From assembly GCA_029978085.1 (NCBI GenBank), contig JAPOJV010000001.1, positions 2,110 to 66,109 on the forward strand: a DNA stretch of 64,000 nucleotides, written 5' to 3'. Both the position numbers and the translations under genes were made by a program. This document shows, in pieces, positions 35,310-44,636 of the stretch. The first letter of the stretch is position 1, and the number at the start of each line of letters is the position of its first letter. The notes under the pieces were generated by a model that saw only the letters and a list, made by a program, of their open reading frames with translations, was not told the origin of the DNA and did no database searches. The DNA is from a bacterium (GTDB lineage Bacteria; Planctomycetota; Planctomycetia; Pirellulales; UBA1268).

Positions 35310-37976
35310 CTACGCGAGTCGGCGGGCGACCACCTTGGCGGCCATCTCGTCGAGCGTCGTTTCCCGCAGCCGGCGACCGTACTTCTCCGTGAGCCAGGGC
35401 AACGCCTCCTCGGCGACGTCGGCCTGCACAAGCACGAGGTCACCTGGCCGGGCGGCCTCGAGCACGAGTTGCACCGACGAGGCCCAGGTGCCACCGGCCT
35501 CGGCAGCCGTGGCCCGCGGGGCGGTCGCGGCGCTGACGCCCTGCCCGATGAGCCGCGTGATGTCGCCCGGCTGACGGCCACGGATGTAAGAATCCTCATA
35601 GACGACCACACGGTCGAACTCCGCGCCGAGCAGGCGGCCCTGTTCGAGCATGTCGTCATCGCGGCGATCGCCCGCTGCGGAGTAGACCGCGATCCGGCGG
35701 CCATGCGGCAGCCCACGGATCACGCGGCAGACCTGCTCGAGCGAGGGCACGTTGTGGCCGTAGTCGACCACGATCGATACACCCTCGAGGTCGAGCAGGT
35801 TGAACCGTCCCGGTGAACCGTCGGCATTGTTCGCAAACGTTTCCAGGCCGATCCGCACGAGTTCAAGCGGCACACCGAGCCGCCACGCGGCGGCGGCGCT
35901 GGCCAACGCGTTCTCCACCTGAAAGGGCACCAGGCCCTTATGCACCAGCGGCACCTTGTCGAGTTGCGCGAGTCGCGTTTCACGAGGGCCGTCGCAGAGC
36001 ACAATCCAGCCCTCGCGAATGGTGGCCGCGAGGCCGCCTGCGGCGAGATGCTCGACGACGAGCGGGTTGGCCGGATCGATGGCAAAGTAAACCACCTCAC
36101 CCTTGCACCATTTCTTCATGTCGACGACGAGCGGGTCGGCGGCGTTGAGGACGGCGGCGCCGCCGGGCCGCACGGCCGCGACGATCGCCCCCTTCACCCA
36201 GGCCAGCTTCTCCGGCGTGTCGATCTCGCCGATGCCGAGATGATCCCCCTTGCCGATGTTGGTGACTACCGCCACGTCGCAGCGGTCGAAGCCACAGCCC
36301 TCGCGGAGGATGCCGCCTCGTGCGGTCTCGAGCACCGCCGTCGTCACCGTCGGGTTGGCAAGCACGCGGCGGGCGCTCTGCGGACCGCTACAGTCGCCGG
36401 CGTCGATCTGGCGGCCGCCGATCCATACGCCCTCGGTGCAGGTCGTGCCCACGGTCGCGCCCCCGGTGGCCGAGATGTGCGACAGCAGTCGCACCACGGT
36501 CGTCTTGCCGTTCGTGCCCGTGACCGCGGCGGTGGGAATCCGCCCGGTCTCCCCCTCGGGAAACATCGCGTCGATGATCGCACGGCCCACCTCGCGAGGC
36601 GTGCCCACGGTGGGCTGGAGGTGCATCCGCAGGCCGGGGGCCGCGTTGACCTCGATTACCGCCCCCCGCTGCGACTCGAGCGTCTGCGCGATGTCGGTGG
36701 TCACGATGTCGATGCCGGCCACGTCGAGGCCGACGATCCGCGCCGCCTCGACGGCCCGCGCGGCCACCTCCGGATGCACGGCATCGGTCACGTCTTCCGC
36801 CGTGCCGCCGGTGCTCAGGTTCGCGTTCTGCCGCAGGAACACCACTCGTTCGGCGGCCGGCACGCTCTCCGGCGTGAGACCCTGCTCGGCGAGCACGGCC
36901 AGAGCCACCTCATCGATCGGAATCGGCGAGAGCACGTCGGCATGGTCACCACACCGCCGCGGATCCTCGTTCACGGCGTCCACGAGTTGACGCACCGTGC
37001 TTGCGCCGTTGCCCACGACCGCCGGGCGATACCGCCGCGCCGCGGCCACCATCTTGCCGCCCACGACGAGCAGCCGGTGGTCGTCACCGGCCACGAACCG
37101 CTCGACCACGACCGATGAATCCTCGTCGCGGGCGATCTGCCAGGCCTTCTCGACCTCGGCCTGGCCAGAGAGATTGACCGACACGCCGCGACCCTGATTG
37201 CCATACCGCGGCTTCACGACGACGGGCGTGCCGATCTCCGCCGCCACCCGCCAGGCATCGGCCGCATCGTTCACCGGCCGCCCCTCGGGCACCGGAATGC
37301 CCGACTCGGCGAGCAGCGCCCGCGTCAGCTCCTTGTCCTGCGCGATCGATTCGCCGATCGCCCCGGTCGCGTCGGTCTCGCTCGCCATGATCCGCCGCTG
37401 CTTCGCGCCGTGGCCAAGCCGCACGAGCGAGCCCTCGTTGAGCCGCCGCACGGGGATGCCGCGGGCCACCGCCGCCTCGACGATCGACCGCGTGCTGGGG
37501 CCGAGTTGCACGTCGAGCAGGATCTGCCGCAGCCGCTTCACTTCGGCGGTCACGTCGAACGGGGTATCGTCGATCGCGGCCATCAGCAGCCGATGCGCCG
37601 TGTGGAAGCACTCGATCGCGAATGACTCTTCCTTATATTCGATCACGACCTTGTAGACGCCGCGGGTGTTGGCCTCACGGGCCCGGCCGTAGCCCACCGG
37701 CGTGCCGGCGAGGGTCTGCAGTTCGAGCGTGACATGCTCGAGCACGTGGCCCATCCACGTGCCGGTGCGGAGCCGCTCGAAGAAGCCCCCCCGCTCTCCG
37801 ATCGAGCAGCGGTGCTCGATCATCGTGGGCAGCCACGCCATGATGCGGTCGTTGAATCCGGGCAGGGTGTGCGACGGAAAATCCTCGAGGTGGCCGAGAT
37901 CGACCCAGGCCTCGAGGCAGGGGAAGGAAGCCCACTGGTTCGGACCGCGCAAAGCCTTGAGCGACAGAATCTCCAT
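35310..37976 (-). CDS. cphA: Cyanophycin synthetase
   Basis: ORF 35310..38090 trimmed to ATG 37976 (MEILSLKALRGPNQWASFPCLEAWVDLG...). N-terminal CphA domain, ATP-grasp, and a Mur-ligase-like half with VTGTNGKTT. 888 aa. Confidence 0.92.
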   Translation of the reverse strand: MEILSLKALRGPNQWASFPCLEAWVDLGHLEDFPSHTLPGFNDRIMAWLPTMIEHRCSIGERGGFFERLRTGTWMGHVLEHVTLELQTLAGTPVGYGRAREANTRGVYKVVIEYKEESFAIECFHTAHRLLMAAIDDTPFDVTAEVKRLRQILLDVQLGPSTRSIVEAAVARGIPVRRLNEGSLVRLGHGAKQRRIMASETDATGAIGESIAQDKELTRALLAESGIPVPEGRPVNDAADAWRVAAEIGTPVVVKPRYGNQGRGVSVNLSGQAEVEKAWQIARDEDSSVVVERFVAGDDHRLLVVGGKMVAAARRYRPAVVGNGASTVRQLVDAVNEDPRRCGDHADVLSPIPIDEVALAVLAEQGLTPESVPAAERVVFLRQNANLSTGGTAEDVTDAVHPEVAARAVEAARIVGLDVAGIDIVTTDIAQTLESQRGAVIEVNAAPGLRMHLQPTVGTPREVGRAIIDAMFPEGETGRIPTAAVTGTNGKTTVVRLLSHISATGGATVGTTCTEGVWIGGRQIDAGDCSGPQSARRVLANPTVTTAVLETARGGILREGCGFDRCDVAVVTNIGKGDHLGIGEIDTPEKLAWVKGAIVAAVRPGGAAVLNAADPLVVDMKKWCKGEVVYFAIDPANPLVVEHLAAGGLAATIREGWIVLCDGPRETRLAQLDKVPLVHKGLVPFQVENALASAAAAWRLGVPLELVRIGLETFANNADGSPGRFNLLDLEGVSIVVDYGHNVPSLEQVCRVIRGLPHGRRIAVYSAAGDRRDDDMLEQGRLLGAEFDRVVVYEDSYIRGRQPGDITRLIGQGVSAATAPRATAAEAGGTWASSVQLVLEAARPGDLVLVQADVAEEALPWLTEKYGRRLRETTLDEMAAKVVARRLA

Positions 37977-38855
37977 GGAAAGATTTGAGTGCCTATTCGA
38001 TCCCATGCAGACGCGTGCAGGGGTCGGGAAGTGTGCGCCTCCACCAGCCACCGGACATTCCGGTAGATGTGCCTGGAAAGGAGGTCGCACGGATGACAGC
38101 TTGGCTGCGGCGGCGCGTCGCCGGCGCAGTCCTGTCTGCCAGCGCAGACAGCCGTGCTGACCCGACGGGGGGGAGCGTCAGGGCGGCGGCTGACAGTCTG
38201 GAGCCGCGGGGGGGAGTCCTGTGGCGACGCAATGGTTCGCCAGCAGGTTCGAGCACAACGTGGGGGAGAGATTCCCGTCGAGCAATCGACCGGCCAAAGT
38301 GGCCATGGGGAGAAAGGATTCCTACACCGCAGGACCGGATTGCATCGCCGCACGCCACACGGACGCGCGTTCGCTTGCGATGCCCGTTTCTCGCGGCACC
38401 ATGAATCGAACCACGCCACTGGGTCCACTGATCACGCGTGTGCGTGCTCGGCTTCGCAGCGGCTGACGAAAAGTTTACGCTTCCGTGCAGCGAAAGCGAA
38501 ACATTTTTCGCCGCATTTGAGCAGGTGCATTCTGCGTGCCAGTGCGTTGCCGATTCCGCTCCGTGATCGGAAAGGCGTGCAGGAGCGGGTGCAGCGCGGG
38601 ACAGCCGGGCCAAAATCATTGAAGAATTGACAACGAGCCGAACCGGACGGTCACGGTGGGGCGGAAGGCGGGAATTTTTTTCAAGTCAGTCAGCGCGGCG
38701 CAGAAGTCGAGCCGGCGGAGCGAGGACCGTTCAAACCAAGTTAATCTAGGTATCTTCGGAAAGCCACGCACCTTTCTGTGCCCCGCGGCCTCACCCCCCT
38801 TCCAATCGGGCTTTGCGGTCGATTGGCCCCATTTTTGCGAGAAAAAACGGAATTC

Positions 38856-41168
38856 ATGGCAGCCACAGCCCTGTCCGCAGACTCAGCCCCCGGGGACGCG
38901 CCCCGCAGGACCGCCGGTCTGCCGTGGGGCGACCTGGTTCGGCTCCAGCCGGGCGAACAGGTTGTGGCCGTCTGCCGGTTCGACCTCGATGGCCAGATGC
39001 GATTCACCGACGGCTGGATCGCCCTCACCGATCGTCGGCTCGTTGCCGATGCCCCCGCCTCCGCCGATGCGGCCACCCTCGAGACCCCCGGTCCACGATC
39101 GTGGCCCCTTGGCGATGGCACGCGGATCGATGTCTATCTCCGGTCCGCAGTGGGCCGGATCGAGCTCTCCGAACGGGGCCGAGTGATCGCCCGCTGGCTG
39201 TTCACGCCCGCCAAGGCGAAGGGCGTGCACGCGCTGGAGGACGCCTTCGATGCTCGGTCCGAGGCTCGTGGCGGCCCGACCGCCCCATCGGCAGCACCGC
39301 CGGCTGCTACCGACGAGGCCGGCGAATCCACCGCGATCGCGCCGGCCCGCGGCCGTGGCGACGATGACGGCCCCCTGCCGAGCAGCGGCCTCGCATCATG
39401 GCGGGCACTCGCGCGGCTGCTCGGCTTCGCCAAGCCGCACTGGCGCATGGCCGTGCTCGGTATCGCGCTTTCTCTGGCCAGCACGTCGGCCGCGCTCGTG
39501 CCTCCGTATCTCACGATGCCGCTGGTCGACAAGGTGCTGATCCCGAGGCAGGCGGGGGAGCAGGTGCCATTCTCGGCAGTGTGGTGGTATCTCGGCGGCC
39601 TCACGGCTGCGGCCCTCATCGCGTGGCTCCTCGCCTGGGCCCAGACGTGGACGCTCGCCTGGGTGAGCGAGCGGATCGCCGCCGGACTCCGCGTGCGGAC
39701 CTACGCCCATATCCAGCGGCTGTCACTCGATTTCTTCCAGGGCCGCCGCACCGGCGACCTCATCTCCCGCGTGGGCAGCGATACCGACCGCATCAATATC
39801 TTCCTGTCGGTGAACCTGATCGAGTTCGCCTCGAACGTGATGCTGATGGTGCTCACGGTGGGCGTGCTGATCTGGCTCAATCCCCGGCTGGCCCTGCTCA
39901 CGCTCGTGCCCTTCCCGTTCGTCGTCTGGCTCGTCTACGCCGTCCGCGAGCGGCTGCGCCGCGGTTTCGGCCGGGCGAGCGTGGCCTGGGGCGACATGAC
40001 GAGTGTGTTGGCCGACACGATCCCCGGGATCCGCGTGGTCAAGGCGTTCGCCCAGGAGTCACGCGAGATCGACCGTTTCGTCGCCGCCAACGACCGCGTG
40101 CTGGATGCCAACGACCGCGTCAACGTGGTCTGGTCGTTCTGCGGCCCGCTCGTGACGCTTTTCAACGAGCTTGGCCTCCTGTGTGTGTGGGCCGCGGGCG
40201 CCTGGCTCGTGTTCGGCGGCGGCGTGACGGTGGGTGGCCTCACGGCGTTCCTCGCCTACATCGCCCGGTTCTACGGCCGCGTCGAGTCGATGATCCGCAT
40301 GGTGCCCGCGACCCAGCGGGCTGCGGCCGGTGCGCAGCGGATCTTCGAGATCCTCGACTGCACGCCGTCCGTCGCGGAGGCCGCGCACCCCGTGAAGCCC
40401 GGCCGTGGCGACGGCCGGATCCAGGGACGGATCGAAATTTCCGGCGTGCACTTTCGCTACGGCGCACGGGAGGTGCTCCACGGCATCGACCTCGTGATCG
40501 AGCCGGGCGAGATGATCGGCCTCGTCGGCACGAGCGGTTCCGGCAAGTCGACGCTCGCCAACCTGGTCTGCCGCTTTTATGACCCGTCGAGCGGCTCGAT
40601 CAAGGTGGACGGCGTCGACCTCCGCGACCTGTCGATCGCCGACTACCGCCACAACCTCGGCTGCGTGCTCCAGGAGCCCTTCCTCTTCTTCGGCACGATC
40701 GCGGAGAACATCGCCTACGGCCGGCCCGACGCGCCGCGAGACAAGATCGTGGAGGCCGCCCGGGCCGCCGGCGCCCACGACTTCATCCTCGCGCAGCCGC
40801 TGGCCTATGACTCCCGCGTCGGCGAGCGCGGCGGATCGCTCTCCGGGGGTGAGCGTCAGCGGCTCTCGATCGCCCGCGCCCTGCTCGTCGACCCGCGGAT
40901 CCTGATTCTCGACGAGGCCACGTCGAGCGTCGACGCCGAGACCGAGGCGATCATCCAGGCCGCGATCGACCGACTGGTGACGGGCCGCACCACGATCGCG
41001 ATCGCCCATCGACTGTCGACGCTCCGCCGGGCCAATCGGCTCGTGGTGCTCGATGCCGGCCGCATCATCGAGATGGGTACGCACGACGAACTGCTCGCCC
41101 TCGACGGAGCCTATGCCCGGCTTTATCGGGCGCAGATGGAAGAGAGCGAGGCGGCGGCCGGCGTCTGA
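38856..41168 (+). CDS. ABC exporter (fused permease/ATPase) with a soluble N-terminal extension of about 190 aa
   Basis: ORF 38778..41168 trimmed to ATG 38856. Six-TM exporter domain, Walker A GTSGSGKST, signature LSGGERQRLSIARAL, Walker B ILILDEATS. Confidence 0.88.
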   Translation: MAATALSADSAPGDAPRRTAGLPWGDLVRLQPGEQVVAVCRFDLDGQMRFTDGWIALTDRRLVADAPASADAATLETPGPRSWPLGDGTRIDVYLRSAVGRIELSERGRVIARWLFTPAKAKGVHALEDAFDARSEARGGPTAPSAAPPAATDEAGESTAIAPARGRGDDDGPLPSSGLASWRALARLLGFAKPHWRMAVLGIALSLASTSAALVPPYLTMPLVDKVLIPRQAGEQVPFSAVWWYLGGLTAAALIAWLLAWAQTWTLAWVSERIAAGLRVRTYAHIQRLSLDFFQGRRTGDLISRVGSDTDRINIFLSVNLIEFASNVMLMVLTVGVLIWLNPRLALLTLVPFPFVVWLVYAVRERLRRGFGRASVAWGDMTSVLADTIPGIRVVKAFAQESREIDRFVAANDRVLDANDRVNVVWSFCGPLVTLFNELGLLCVWAAGAWLVFGGGVTVGGLTAFLAYIARFYGRVESMIRMVPATQRAAAGAQRIFEILDCTPSVAEAAHPVKPGRGDGRIQGRIEISGVHFRYGAREVLHGIDLVIEPGEMIGLVGTSGSGKSTLANLVCRFYDPSSGSIKVDGVDLRDLSIADYRHNLGCVLQEPFLFFGTIAENIAYGRPDAPRDKIVEAARAAGAHDFILAQPLAYDSRVGERGGSLSGGERQRLSIARALLVDPRILILDEATSSVDAETEAIIQAAIDRLVTGRTTIAIAHRLSTLRRANRLVVLDAGRIIEMGTHDELLALDGAYARLYRAQMEESEAAAGV

Positions 41169-41200
41169 CGTCACACCACCGTTCCCCTGCCCGACACACC

Positions 41201-41722
41201 ATGCACCACGCGACTTCCGACATGACGTCCAATGACATGACGCCCCAGACCGGCTCCTCCCCCGCAGGCTGGCGGCTGGAGCGGCATGCCCACGGCCGGC
41301 TCGACTTCGTCGATGCCCAGGGCCGGCGGCATGCCAACGTGGACGTGCTCCGCGCCTTTCCCGTAAGCGACCCCGCCGGTCCGGCTGCGATCGTTGCCGC
41401 CGAAGGCGGTGAGTTGGCGTGGGTCGAATCACTCTCCGGCATCGCCGCCCCGCTTCGCACCATCCTCGAAACGGAGCTTGCCCAGCGGGAGTTTCTCCCG
41501 CGGATCGAACAGATCGAGGCGGTGTCCGATGGAGAGCCTGCCGAGTGGACCGTGGTCACCGACCGCGGCCCGCATCGGTTCAAGGTGGCCCACGCCGACG
41601 ACTTCGTCGCGCAGCCCGACGGCAGCGCATTCGTGACCGACAGCTACGGTATGCGATACGCGATCCCGAGCATCGCCGCCCTCGACCCCCGCAGCCGCCG
41701 CCTGCTCGAGCGCAAGGGGTAG
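41201..41722 (+). CDS. DUF1854-like protein (family reported as cyanophycin-metabolism-associated)
   Basis: The pattern GRLDFVDAQGRRH...VLRAFPVSDP...ELAWVESL...ELAQREFLPRIEQIEAV...WTVVTDRGPHRF...YGMRYAIPSIAALDPRSRRLLER matches my recollection of DUF1854. The gene immediately follows the ABC exporter. Confidence 0.65.
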   Translation: MHHATSDMTSNDMTPQTGSSPAGWRLERHAHGRLDFVDAQGRRHANVDVLRAFPVSDPAGPAAIVAAEGGELAWVESLSGIAAPLRTILETELAQREFLPRIEQIEAVSDGEPAEWTVVTDRGPHRFKVAHADDFVAQPDGSAFVTDSYGMRYAIPSIAALDPRSRRLLERKG

Positions 41723-41763
41723 GCCCGTCACGGAGTGACCGGAACAAGTCACTGCGTGACTTG
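41719..41763. repeat. REP-like cluster 4
   Basis: The GTAG at 41719-41722 contains the TAG stop of the upstream gene. CCCGTCACGGAGTGACCGG (one mismatch) and the perfect CAAGTCACTGCGTGACTTG (41745-41763). Confidence 0.8.
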
Positions 41764-41923
41764 CCCACGGGCCCTTCCCCGACCCCGTAAGATGGACGGG
41801 TTACGCCGTTCATGAGGGACGGGGGCCTGTTTTTCGCGAAAAAACGTGGTTTTTTTCTCAACCTTTCGGTTGAAGCCTGCGTACATCGGATTAGTCTCGA
41901 AGGGTCTTTTCAGGAGCCAACTC

Positions 41924-43630
41924 ATGACCCCGTTCGGCCGCCGTTCGAACGCCTCTCGCCGCCTGCTGTCGCTGGCGTGCACCGCCCTCGTCGTCGCACC
42001 GCAGGCTCCCGCCATGCGGACCGCGCGGGCCCAGTGCTGTGGTGACGCCGTCGTCGCCCCCGCTCCGGTCGCCACGCAGACCTACCGCCTCGACTACCAG
42101 ACCGTCTACGACGAGCAGCAGGTCACCGCCTACCGCATCTCGCAGGAGACCGTCTACGACTCGAAAACCTACACCGTGCAGAAGCCGGTCTGGGAGACGC
42201 AGACGCAGGAGCGTCGTTACACCGTGCAGCGTCCCGTGTGGGAAACGCAGACCCGCGAGGAGCGGACCACGGTGATGAAGCCCGTGTACGAGACGCAGAT
42301 CCAGGATCGCAGCTACGACGTCACCCGTGACGTAATCGAGACGGCGACCCGCGAGGAGCAGTACACGGTGATGAAGCCTGTGTACGAGACCGTGATGCAG
42401 CAGCAGGTCTCAACCGTCCGCAAGCCGATCTACGAGACGAGTGAGCGGGAGCAGGCCTACACCGTCACCGAGCCGGTCACCCAGATGCGGACCGCCTACT
42501 CCGTCGGCAGCCAGGCCGTTGACACCGTCACGCCCGTCGTCACGCCGGGCACGACGTCGCTCGGCTGGGTGCCCGCCAGCTACGCCATCGACCCCTCCAC
42601 GGGTCTCGCCGTCATGCAGCGGGGCGGCTGGGTGTGGCAGATGAATCCCGGCGCGGTCGTCAACCAGGTGAACCGCGTCTACCAGCCCACCTACACGCCG
42701 GTGCAGGTGCCTGAGACGACCTACGTCAACCGCGTGGTGACGCAGAAGGTGCCGGTGCAGACGGTCCGCTACGTCGATGAGCAGGTCGTCCAGCAGGTGC
42801 CCGTGCAGACCATGAAGATGGTTGCCGAGACGGCGACCCGTCAGGTGCCCGTGCAGACCGTCCGCAAGGTGGTCGAGCGGGTCGAGAACAAGGTGCCGGT
42901 CACCGTCTGCCGGATGGTGCCCGAGGAACAGGTCCGCCAGGTGCAGATGCAGGTGATGAAGTACGTCACCGAGGAAAAGGTCGAGCCGGTGCAGGTGCAG
43001 GTGATGAAGTACGTCACCGAGGAGCGGACGATGCAGGTGCCGCGGGTCGTCGAGAAGCGGACGCCCTACACCTACACAGTGCGGATGCCGCGGACGGTGG
43101 TCACGAAGGTGCCGCTCGACCCGTGTGGCAATCCGATTCCGGCTGCGGCGATGACCGCCGCTCCGGCTGCAGCCTCGCGTCCGACGTCGGCCCCTGCTCC
43201 GGCGATCTCTACCACCGACTCTGGCCCCCTGAAGACGTTCAGCGACCGGCCGGCCGACGCGCCGAAGAAAGTCGAAGAGGGCTGGGGCGCGTCGAATCTC
43301 AACCATGTTGACCCTGCCACGAGCTCCGCGGGCACGGTGCGGGCCGAGAAGCCGGTCGTCGATTCGGCTCAGGCTCCGAGCAGCGAGCAGTCGCTGAAGA
43401 AGATCGAGACGATTCCGGCGCCGGCCGCGAAGGAGCCGGGAGCGGCCCCGCAGACGCCGAGTCAGTCGGCGCCGAAGGCAGCCCCGCAGCCGGCGGTCGA
43501 GCAGTCGCCGACGGTCGCCCCGCCGGGTCCGGCTGTGTATCCGCCGCCGCCGGCCTCCGATCCCCGCGACGTGCCGGCTGCCGAGACCTCGGGCCGCAGC
43601 CTCACCGGCCGCCACGGCCACACGACGTGA
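41924..43630 (+). CDS. Secreted YTV-repeat protein with a Pro/Ala-rich C-terminus
   Basis: ORF 41846..43630 trimmed to ATG 41924 (signal peptide MTPFGRRSNASRRLLSLACTALVVAPQAPA). Tandem repeats of about 18 aa, YTV(Q/M)KPV(W/Y)ETQ..E(R/E)...; a 27-bp perfect direct repeat at 42949 and 42997. Confidence 0.75.
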   Translation: MTPFGRRSNASRRLLSLACTALVVAPQAPAMRTARAQCCGDAVVAPAPVATQTYRLDYQTVYDEQQVTAYRISQETVYDSKTYTVQKPVWETQTQERRYTVQRPVWETQTREERTTVMKPVYETQIQDRSYDVTRDVIETATREEQYTVMKPVYETVMQQQVSTVRKPIYETSEREQAYTVTEPVTQMRTAYSVGSQAVDTVTPVVTPGTTSLGWVPASYAIDPSTGLAVMQRGGWVWQMNPGAVVNQVNRVYQPTYTPVQVPETTYVNRVVTQKVPVQTVRYVDEQVVQQVPVQTMKMVAETATRQVPVQTVRKVVERVENKVPVTVCRMVPEEQVRQVQMQVMKYVTEEKVEPVQVQVMKYVTEERTMQVPRVVEKRTPYTYTVRMPRTVVTKVPLDPCGNPIPAAAMTAAPAAASRPTSAPAPAISTTDSGPLKTFSDRPADAPKKVEEGWGASNLNHVDPATSSAGTVRAEKPVVDSAQAPSSEQSLKKIETIPAPAAKEPGAAPQTPSQSAPKAAPQPAVEQSPTVAPPGPAVYPPPPASDPRDVPAAETSGRSLTGRHGHTT

Positions 43631-43642
43631 TTGCCGCGTGGG

Positions 43643-43704
43643 CAAGTCACGCCGTGACTTGTTTTCCGGTCACGGCGTGACCGGGCTACCGTGACCGGGC
43701 CTAC
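43643..43704. repeat. REP-like cluster 5 (inverted orientation)
   Basis: CAAGTCACGCCGTGACTTG (43643-43661) and CCGGTCACGGCGTGACCGG (43666-43684), followed by GCTACC-GTGACCGGGC-CTAC. That last segment is 1.7 copies of the 14-mer in reverse orientation. Confidence 0.85.
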
Positions 43705-43757
43705 GGGCACCCGCTGCTACACTACCGCTTCGTCACCCACCTCTCGCGGAGTGTCCC

Positions 43758-44636
43758 ATGCGCCTGCTCAGCTCCCTGCTCGCAATCGCCATCCTGTCCG
43801 CCGCCACCAACGCGACAGCCGCCGAGAAACTCAAGGCGCTGATCGTGGACGGCCAAAACAACCACGGCAACTGGCCCCAGACCACCCAGATGATGAAGCG
43901 GTATCTCGAAGACACCGGCCGCTTCACCGTGGACGTCGTCACGCATGCACCGAAGGGTGAAGACCCGTCGTTCAAGCCCGCCTTCGCCGACTACGCCGTG
44001 GTCGTGAGCAACTTCGGTCACGGGGCCGCGGCCTGGCCCGCCGAGACGCGGACCGCCTTCGAGGATTACGTGCGCAGTGGGGGCGGGTTCGTCGCCGTCC
44101 ATGCGGCCGACAACTCGTTCCCCGATTGGGCGGCCTACAACGAGATGATCGGACTCGGCGGATGGGGCGGACGCAACGAGAAGAGCGGGCCGTACGTCTA
44201 CTACTCCGACGACGGGAAGCTCGTCCGCGACACGTCGCCGGGGGCTGGCGGCAGCCACGGTCCGCAGGCACCGTTCGCGATCATCGTCCGTGACGCGGCC
44301 CATCCCATCACGAAGGGCATGCCGGCCACGTGGCTGCACGCCAAGGACGAACTCTACGACAGCCTCCGCGGTCCGGCGACCAACATGGAGGTGCTCGCGA
44401 CGGCCTACTCGCCCAAGACCAAACGGCACGAGCCGATGATGCTTTCGATCGCGCACGGCAAGGGACGCGTCTTCCACACACCGATGGGCCACGCCAACGA
44501 GTCGCAGGAGTGCGTGGGCTTCATCACGACATTCGTGCGGGGCGCCGAGTGGGCGGCCACGGGCGCGGTCGAGCAGCCGGTGCCCGCCGACTTCCCGACG
44601 GCCGACGCCGAACGGAGCCGGCCGTTCGCGAAGTGA
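43758..44636 (+). CDS. ThuA-domain protein (secreted)
   Basis: Signal peptide followed by KALIVDGQNNHGNWPQTTQMMKRYLEDTGRFTV, and HTPMGH near the C-terminus, typical of the ThuA family. Confidence 0.75.
   Translation: MRLLSSLLAIAILSAATNATAAEKLKALIVDGQNNHGNWPQTTQMMKRYLEDTGRFTVDVVTHAPKGEDPSFKPAFADYAVVVSNFGHGAAAWPAETRTAFEDYVRSGGGFVAVHAADNSFPDWAAYNEMIGLGGWGGRNEKSGPYVYYSDDGKLVRDTSPGAGGSHGPQAPFAIIVRDAAHPITKGMPATWLHAKDELYDSLRGPATNMEVLATAYSPKTKRHEPMMLSIAHGKGRVFHTPMGHANESQECVGFITTFVRGAEWAATGAVEQPVPADFPTADAERSRPFAK

Noticed and set aside
38244-38262. GGTTCGAGC as a tRNA/tmRNA T-arm inside the long cphA-ABC intergenic region
   Set aside because: No complementary T-stem, acceptor stem or CCA context could be built around it.
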